Shown one piece after another: positions 57,994 through 64,000 of a stretch of 64,000 nucleotides of DNA. Origin of the DNA: an uncultured Nitrososphaerales archaeon. Its GTDB lineage: Archaea; Thermoproteota; Nitrososphaeria; Nitrososphaerales; Nitrososphaeraceae. A model generated the notes under the pieces. The model was not told the origin of the DNA. It did no database searches and saw nothing but the letters and a program-made list of their open reading frames with translations. The DNA lies in assembly GCA_963713605.1 (NCBI GenBank), contig CAVQMO010000001.1, positions 64,001 to 128,000 of the forward strand. Reading direction: 5' to 3'. The position numbers were made by a program, and so were the translations under genes. Within the stretch, counting starts at the first letter, position 1. Each line of letters begins with the position of its first letter.

Positions 57994-59435
57994 GTAGGCT
58001 ATGTGATCTCTCGATCGATGAGGTTACAGACGGTATAAGAAATCAACATTTTTCTGCAGAGGAATATGTATCCCAAACCCTGGAGCGTATAGCAAAACTA
58101 GATGTCGATATCAAGGCCTTTGTGGGTGTGAATACTGATGGCGCTATAGAATCTGCGCGGAGACTAGATAGCAAGATTCGTAGGGGAGAGAAGGTTGGCC
58201 ATTTGGCAGGTATCACAGTGGGTATAAAGGACAACATAAGCACCAAAGGATTAAGAACTACATGTGCTTCAAGGGTCTTGGCAGATTATGTCCCACCCTA
58301 TGACGCGACTGTAATTCGAAAATTGAAAGAATGCGATGCAATCATTATCGGAAAATTGAATTTAGATGAGTTTGCGATGGGTTCAACAACTGAGTTTAGT
58401 AATTTCGGACCTACAAGAAATCCGTGGAATCTAGATTATGTCACCGGTGGCTCATCGGGGGGTAGTGCGGCTGCTGTTGCAGCAGCCGAGTGCACCGCGT
58501 CATTAGGATCGGATACTGGGGGTTCAGTTAGATGTCCTGCAAGTTTCTGTTCAGTAGTAGGATTCAAGCCCACATATGGTTCGGTTAGTAGATATGGTTT
58601 AATAGCCTATTCTAATAGCCTGGAGCAAATTGGTCCAATTGCTCGAACAGTACCAGGTGTTGTCAGATTGATGAACGCAATTTCAGGAGTAGATCCTAAT
58701 GATGATACCACACGCACAGTGGCTTTGCCCTATTCTGTTGAAGCACCTAAAAATCATCTTCGGATAGCTTTACTAAACAATTTGACCGTCGATGCTCAAC
58801 CTGAAGTTTCCAAGTGTATATATTCCGCGATGGATACGCTGTCTTCAGCAGGATGCATCTGCGAGGAGTTAACATTAAACTCATTGGATTATGCTCTTGC
58901 TTCATACTACGTTATCGCTATGGCAGAAGCGAGTAGTAATCTTGCACGGTACGACAATATTCGTTACGGATTCAATTTGGATCCTGAAGGGTATGAATGG
59001 AATTCATATTTTGCGAAAGTAAGAAGTAATTTTGGCGAAGAAGTCAAAAGACGAATTATCGTCGGCACATATGTTCTCTCTTCAGGATACTATGGACGAT
59101 ATTATCTTAAGGCACAAAAAGTAAGAGCCTTGTTAAGACGAGAGTTCAAGTCGTTGTATTCCAAATATGATGTTATAATAGCTCCTACCATGCCTATACT
59201 ACCCTTTAGAATTGGTGAAAAAATAGGTGACCCGATAAAGCTTTATTACGTGGATATTGACACCGTTGTTTCCAATCTCACAGGAATGCCTGCAATTTCA
59301 ATACCTGCTGGGTTTAGCAATGGTCTCCCGATAGGTCTCCAAATTATGTCAGATGAATTTCAAGAACAGAAGATTTTTGATGCAGCTCTACTTTTCGAAA
59401 GAACGGCCAAAATTCAGGTGAGAACTCCATTATGA
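57990..59435 (+). CDS. gatA: Asp/Glu-tRNA amidotransferase subunit A
   Basis: Amidase signature IKDNI, GGSSGGSAA, GSDTGGSVRCPA; EASSNLARYD. Confidence 0.96.
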   Translation: MSRLCDLSIDEVTDGIRNQHFSAEEYVSQTLERIAKLDVDIKAFVGVNTDGAIESARRLDSKIRRGEKVGHLAGITVGIKDNISTKGLRTTCASRVLADYVPPYDATVIRKLKECDAIIIGKLNLDEFAMGSTTEFSNFGPTRNPWNLDYVTGGSSGGSAAAVAAAECTASLGSDTGGSVRCPASFCSVVGFKPTYGSVSRYGLIAYSNSLEQIGPIARTVPGVVRLMNAISGVDPNDDTTRTVALPYSVEAPKNHLRIALLNNLTVDAQPEVSKCIYSAMDTLSSAGCICEELTLNSLDYALASYYVIAMAEASSNLARYDNIRYGFNLDPEGYEWNSYFAKVRSNFGEEVKRRIIVGTYVLSSGYYGRYYLKAQKVRALLRREFKSLYSKYDVIIAPTMPILPFRIGEKIGDPIKLYYVDIDTVVSNLTGMPAISIPAGFSNGLPIGLQIMSDEFQEQKIFDAALLFERTAKIQVRTPL

Positions 59436-60865
59436 TGTCTACATACAGTACTAAAATTGGATTGGAAATCCATTGTCAACTTACTGGTTTAAGAAGCAAG
59501 CTATTTTGTTCATGCCATTGCAATTATCGTGAATACAGTCCCAATGAGAATATCTGTCCGACGTGCACAGGGCTTCCGGGCACCCTACCTCTATTGAATC
59601 AGACAGCAATAGAAATAGCGGCAATGGTTTGCATGGCTTTAAGGTGTACTATTCCAAATAATATACTATTCTACAGAAAGAACTATTTCTATTTAGATCT
59701 ACCTAAGAATTTTCAACTTACCCAATATAATGCCCATGGAATTACCAGCATTGGTGTAGATGGGTTGCTGGGATATGGACAAGGAGAAACTAGAATACGT
59801 AGAGTTCAGCTCGAAGAGGACCCTGGTAGATTATCATATATGAATGGAAGTTCAGGCTCACTAATCGACTACAACCGGGCTGGAATACCCCTTGTGGAAA
59901 TCGTGACCGAGCCAGATTTTCATGACCCAAAAGATGTGAGATTATTTCTGAATAAATTAGCATCGATAGTTGAACACCTGGGAGTTTGTGATACGAGCCT
60001 TGAAGGAGCAGTTAGATGCGACGCGAATATTTCCATAGGTGATTCAAGAAGAGTTGAAATAAAAAACGTCTCTTCCTTTGGAGATGTCGAAAAGGCTCTC
60101 AAGTTTGAAATGACCAGGCAAAAAGCTATGCTTAATTATGAAATGGAAATCAGAGGTGAAACCAGACATTGGGACGAACAAAGAAAAATAACCAAGCAGT
60201 CAAGGACCAAGGAAGAGGAACAAGACTACAGATACTTTTACGAGCCAGATATACCATCAATTCAGATCGATGAGGATTATTTGAAGGAATTACACTCAAA
60301 AATGCCTGAGCTTCCAGATGAACGGAAAGAACGGTTTATCAATTATTATAAACTTACGGAGCACGTCTCCAAAGTATTAATAGATCATAAAGATCTCGCA
60401 GATTACTTCGAGGAGTCAGTCAAGATCTATTTTGCCCCCAAAGAAATAGCAAATATTATCGTGACTGACCTTATGAGCTATGCAGATGACAATTCTAAGA
60501 AACTTGGATCTCCAATAAGGAACATAAAGATGACACCCAAACAATTAGCTGAAATAGCTCGAATGATAAAGGAAGGGATCGTTAATAGAAAAACTGCTAA
60601 GCAAATCCTATATGAAGCTGTATTATCAGGCAAATTAATAACTCCAAGTGAAAATGACACGAATTTTAGAAAGATCAACGATGAGGGCCTAATATTGCGT
60701 TCTATTGAAAATGTCTTTGAGGCAGAGTCCATAGCAGTGCTTGATGCAAGAAAAAATCCTAATGTATCCAACTATCTGCTCGGAAAGGTGATGGAACTCA
60801 CTAAGGGCAGAGTTGATCCAGGGCGTGCATTAAGCCTAATCAACAAAAAGTTGTTGGAATACTAA
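59432..60865 (+). CDS. gatB: Asp/Glu-tRNA amidotransferase subunit B
   Basis: IGLEIHCQL, RKNYFY.DLPK, LEEDPG, DYNRAGIPLVEIVTEPD, RCDANIS, DYRYFYEPD. Confidence 0.96.
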   Translation: MMSTYSTKIGLEIHCQLTGLRSKLFCSCHCNYREYSPNENICPTCTGLPGTLPLLNQTAIEIAAMVCMALRCTIPNNILFYRKNYFYLDLPKNFQLTQYNAHGITSIGVDGLLGYGQGETRIRRVQLEEDPGRLSYMNGSSGSLIDYNRAGIPLVEIVTEPDFHDPKDVRLFLNKLASIVEHLGVCDTSLEGAVRCDANISIGDSRRVEIKNVSSFGDVEKALKFEMTRQKAMLNYEMEIRGETRHWDEQRKITKQSRTKEEEQDYRYFYEPDIPSIQIDEDYLKELHSKMPELPDERKERFINYYKLTEHVSKVLIDHKDLADYFEESVKIYFAPKEIANIIVTDLMSYADDNSKKLGSPIRNIKMTPKQLAEIARMIKEGIVNRKTAKQILYEAVLSGKLITPSENDTNFRKINDEGLILRSIENVFEAESIAVLDARKNPNVSNYLLGKVMELTKGRVDPGRALSLINKKLLEY

Positions 60866-60930
60866 ATAGGTAGAGAAAATCATGATCCAGCTTATTATTA
60901 ATTAACGCTTGATGGTAATTAGGACTATAA

Positions 60931-61269
60931 TCACGTTGTCAGATTAATTATCGCTTGAGCCAGATCGCCCTTTGAATCGGTAAGTGCTTGAATAGCTCTA
61001 TCCTTACTGACGCTCGCTTGCTGCATCACCAGCACAACGTCCTCCTCTTTGAATGACGGAACTTCTTTTTGTCTTTCTTCGATATCTGTTGCAACTACCT
61101 GAAAAATGGTACTATCCTTTCCTTTCATTTCAACTACTTGCGGTTTTATAAGATAAAGTTCTTTAGTTTCTGTTCGAATAACGACTTCTTCAATTTCGCC
61201 CATTTCTTTCATCTCTAGCCCCATTTTATCTAACATTCGTCTCATTTCGCGGTTACCACCTCGCATCAT
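60931..61269 (-). CDS. nac: Archaeal nascent polypeptide-associated complex protein
   Basis: MRRMLDKMG, EEVVIRT, PQV, C-terminal UBA (EEDVVLVMQQA...GDLAQAI). Confidence 0.93.
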   Translation of the reverse strand: MMRGGNREMRRMLDKMGLEMKEMGEIEEVVIRTETKELYLIKPQVVEMKGKDSTIFQVVATDIEERQKEVPSFKEEDVVLVMQQASVSKDRAIQALTDSKGDLAQAIINLTT

Positions 61270-61739
61270 ACAAATCCTTCTGTACTTGTCCCGCTTTTTA
61301 TTCCTTGTCTAACCCTTACCGCAACCCCGGTATCAAACCCTTTCATCATATTTGACGCAAATCTTGCACGTCCTACAGCCAAAATCTTTTCGTTATCATC
61401 TATAACTACAACGTCTGACCCAACTTTAACGTTAGACCCACACCATTTTACGTGTTTGCAAAAAAGGGAGCGTCCTTCGCTAACGAAGGGAACAGCTTCC
61501 TGAATTGGTATAACACAATTTGTTTTGAATAGCGGGTTCTTCATCAAGAGCTCAGCTCCCGAAAGTGTTAGAGCTATTCCACCGTCCGTCCTTAAAGTCC
61601 CAGCCAGTTGATTGTCAAAACTAAAGCTCTTTATGCGTCCAGTTCTTCTCGAAAAGTCGAAGGTAGTTGATTTTGGGAGGATAAAATATGCGCCGAATAA
61701 TGCGTTCAAATGATGGCGAATTTTCTCGTGAGGGTCCAC
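61266..61739 (-). CDS. Stand-alone TGT-C2/PUA domain protein
   Basis: SRRTGRIK, LRTDGGIALTLSGA, PFVSEGRSLFCKHV, LAVGRA, GVAVRVRQG. Likely GTG start at 61739; the longer ORF overlaps phoU. Confidence 0.85.
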   Translation of the reverse strand: MDPHEKIRHHLNALFGAYFILPKSTTFDFSRRTGRIKSFSFDNQLAGTLRTDGGIALTLSGAELLMKNPLFKTNCVIPIQEAVPFVSEGRSLFCKHVKWCGSNVKVGSDVVVIDDNEKILAVGRARFASNMMKGFDTGVAVRVRQGIKSGTSTEGFV

Positions 61740-61843
61740 AGAAATAGGATCCAATAGAACCTTAACTGGAATATTTGGATAAATATGTTTTTGATTAAAT
61801 GATCTATATAGGAAAAAATACAAATATATAGTTCGCCTTACTA

Positions 61844-62924
61844 GTGTTTGCGGTGACATCGACGGAAAATACGCAGTCTTCTGATCAAAGGGAAGAGACC
61901 CGGAAGATACAATACACAGGAGGATCATCTTTTATCGTCTCTTTACCCAAGAGATGGATTCAGGAATTAGGACTCAAACAGGGAGATCACGTCTTGATTT
62001 CGAGACAAGCAAACTCATTCTTGCAGATCTCGCCTGCCTCGCGTAGATCAATAAAGGAGCAAAAAGAAGCTACTATTGAAGTACTAAATGAAAACAATCC
62101 ATACTATCTTGCTAGAAAATTGGTTTCTCTTTATTTCCTCGGCTATCATATGATTCACATTTTTCCAAAAGAAAACAACAGATTAACCAGTGATCAACGA
62201 GATGTAATCAAAGATTTAGTCCGACGACTTTTGATGGGGACAGAGATTATTGCAGACTCAGCCAGTGGAATGACTTTGCAAGTCCTAATCAATTTACTGG
62301 ATCTATCAGTTGACGCAGCTTTCAAGAGAATGATTCTTATTGCAAAGTCGATGCACGCTGACGTCATGCTGTCAATGAAGGAGAACAATATAGAATTAGC
62401 TGAGAGAGGTACTTAAGTCGGATGATGAAGTTGACCGATTTAGCTTTTACATAGTTAGGCAGCTAAATATTGCAATTAAGAACGAATATCTACTTAGTGA
62501 AATTGGTTTGCAAGACTCTAGGAGCTGCTTGGGATATAGATTAATTACTAAATTTGCAGAAAGAATAGCAGATCATGCGGTGTTAATAGCTAAAGAACTA
62601 ATAGATTCTAGACGACCGGTTAATCTAGATATCGTGAAAAGGATTACTGCAATGAGCAATTTTGCTTTGGGAGTATTGGATGAAGCCTGTTTGTCCATGT
62701 TTAAACAGGATTATAATTCAGCTGACAAGGCAATCGAGAAGGCGCGAGAAATTGATTATTTAGAAAAGTCAATCATGAATGGTTTAAGCAATTTGAGGAA
62801 CATGAATGATATTTATCGAGTAAAAATAATAACTGAAAACCTTCGAAGAGTCGCAGAATACTCGAGCGATATCGCAGAAATCGTACTCAATATGACGGTC
62901 CAGCAAACTTTAAAGAAAGGCTAA
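61844..62924 (+). CDS. phoU: Archaeal phosphate uptake regulator (AbrB + two PhoU domains), frameshift at ~62409
   Basis: RKIQYTGGSSFIVSLPKRW, corrected VLKSDDEVDRF, ERIADHA, RRVAEYSSDIAE. Confidence 0.9.
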
Positions 62925-62949
62925 AACAGGTTAATTTAAGGGCTTAAAC

Positions 62950-63435
62950 TTGCCAACGTCTTCATCATCATCATTTTGCGAAGTGTGCGGGCGACAGGTT
63001 AACGAGGATTTTAAGGTTGTAGTGATTGAAGGAACGATCTTTAGAGTGTGTTCTCAATGTTCTAGGCGAGGAAAGCCCTACAATCCAGGGATCACTAAAA
63101 CCAATAAACCATCAATCAATTCTTCGACACAATCAACATTTCGCCAGCCTCTTACTAAAAACCAACCAGTAGTCAAGAAGCGAGGATATTCGAGTAATAG
63201 ACTCCAACTTACCGACGAAACGTTACTGTCACAAGATTTTGGAAGAATGATTCGAGAAGCACGTATGAAAAAGGGGTTTACCCATGAACAGCTAGCCATA
63301 AAGATGAGTGAAAAGGCCTCACTCCTTAAGAAGATAGAGACAGGGGCATTGAAGCCAGACGAGTTGCTTGCAAAGAAGTTTGAAAGGTATCTCCAAATAA
63401 AACTATACGTGTCAGCTGATGAGGAACAAGAATAG
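62950..63435 (+). CDS. mbf1: Archaeal multiprotein bridging factor (Zn ribbon + HTH)
   Basis: CEVCG...VCSQC, IREARMKKGFTHEQLA, IETGALKPD. Confidence 0.92.
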   Translation: MPTSSSSSFCEVCGRQVNEDFKVVVIEGTIFRVCSQCSRRGKPYNPGITKTNKPSINSSTQSTFRQPLTKNQPVVKKRGYSSNRLQLTDETLLSQDFGRMIREARMKKGFTHEQLAIKMSEKASLLKKIETGALKPDELLAKKFERYLQIKLYVSADEEQE

Positions 63436-63568
63436 ATCAGAGGCGACCTTATCTAATTTCAAAAGCATACGTTTCTTTCAAAAATACATGAGATTCCGAT
63501 GAAGCAGTAGCCATTGTATGAATCATAGTCAGGAAAAGACTAACTATTGAGTATGAAAGAATATCTGA

Positions 63569-64000
63569 CTAGCCAGTTTGTTCTCTCTTAATTTCCTTCA
63601 TAACCTCCTGCAAATAGTCTTTCATTGCATCATAAGAGTCTTCCAATTCCCTTGCTTTAGTCTCTGTTTCATGCAATTCAGTCGTTCTCCTTTTTACCTC
63701 TCCTTGTAATATGTTGTTCCATTCCACAAGAATGAACACTAATACTACAATGGCCGCAAGCGTACCAGCAAGTAAGAGATAGATCTTGACCTCTTCTAAG
63801 TATAATGAATTCTGAATCTGAGAATATATATGAGTTGTTGGAGTAATAACCTGCAAAAAATATTGTGGTTCGCCGTTTACTAGCACAGGCTGTTGGGTAT
63901 TAATTCTTTCTCCAGCACCATAATCGTAGACGGCATAGGAAGGCTGAGAGAATGTGATCAACGATTTTGTTAAATTGTTAACGACCTCATTATGGTTGAC
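63569..64000 (-). CDS. C-terminal part of a Cache-type sensor membrane protein, ending in a short coiled coil (partial; open at the window edge)
   Basis: YDYGAGERINTQQPVLVNGEPQYFLQVITP, a TM helix, then WNNILQGEVKRRTTEL (S-helix-like) and a stop. Confidence 0.65.
   Translation of the reverse strand, partial: VNHNEVVNNLTKSLITFSQPSYAVYDYGAGERINTQQPVLVNGEPQYFLQVITPTTHIYSQIQNSLYLEEVKIYLLLAGTLAAIVVLVFILVEWNNILQGEVKRRTTELHETETKARELEDSYDAMKDYLQEVMKEIKREQTG

Overview
Archaeal chromosomal segment, almost certainly from an ammonia-oxidising thaumarchaeon of the Nitrososphaerales (soil-type). Support for this: an ADP-forming 4-hydroxybutyrate-CoA ligase type gene, CdvB/ESCRT-III, a DUF6659-like protein, thaumarchaeal-type ferredoxin and PII, and archaeal aaRS, MCM/GINS, proteasome and NAC/MBF1. 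It is mostly core genes: cdc48, rpl2, leuS-alaS, queD, leuCD, psmB, tgtA-Lsm, a six-gene riboflavin operon, gins-mcm, pepF, valS-hemD-PII, nurA-herA, aspS-gatCAB, phoU and mbf1. AT-rich accessory or degraded stretches lie at about 6-7.8, 15-16.8, 20.1-22.9 and 24.3-28.6 kb. I found no tRNA, rRNA, CRISPR, integrase or transposase. I counted 19 single-base frameshifts in conserved, often essential, genes, and they are not randomly placed. 17 of them can be placed in or next to GCNGC, AGCT, (A)GTAC or GATC, and the identical change GCTGC->GCTCGC occurs five times. This looks like a DNA-methylation footprint left in a long-read consensus. Other leads: a PD-(D/E)XK-like domain fused to QueD; an amidohydrolase inside the rib operon (candidate for the unassigned archaeal pyrimidine deaminase); a stand-alone NurA-HerA pair with two wHTH proteins; and a decayed HTH/coiled-coil gene preceded by helically phased GACGA repeats. 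All product calls come from motif recognition; no database searches were run.
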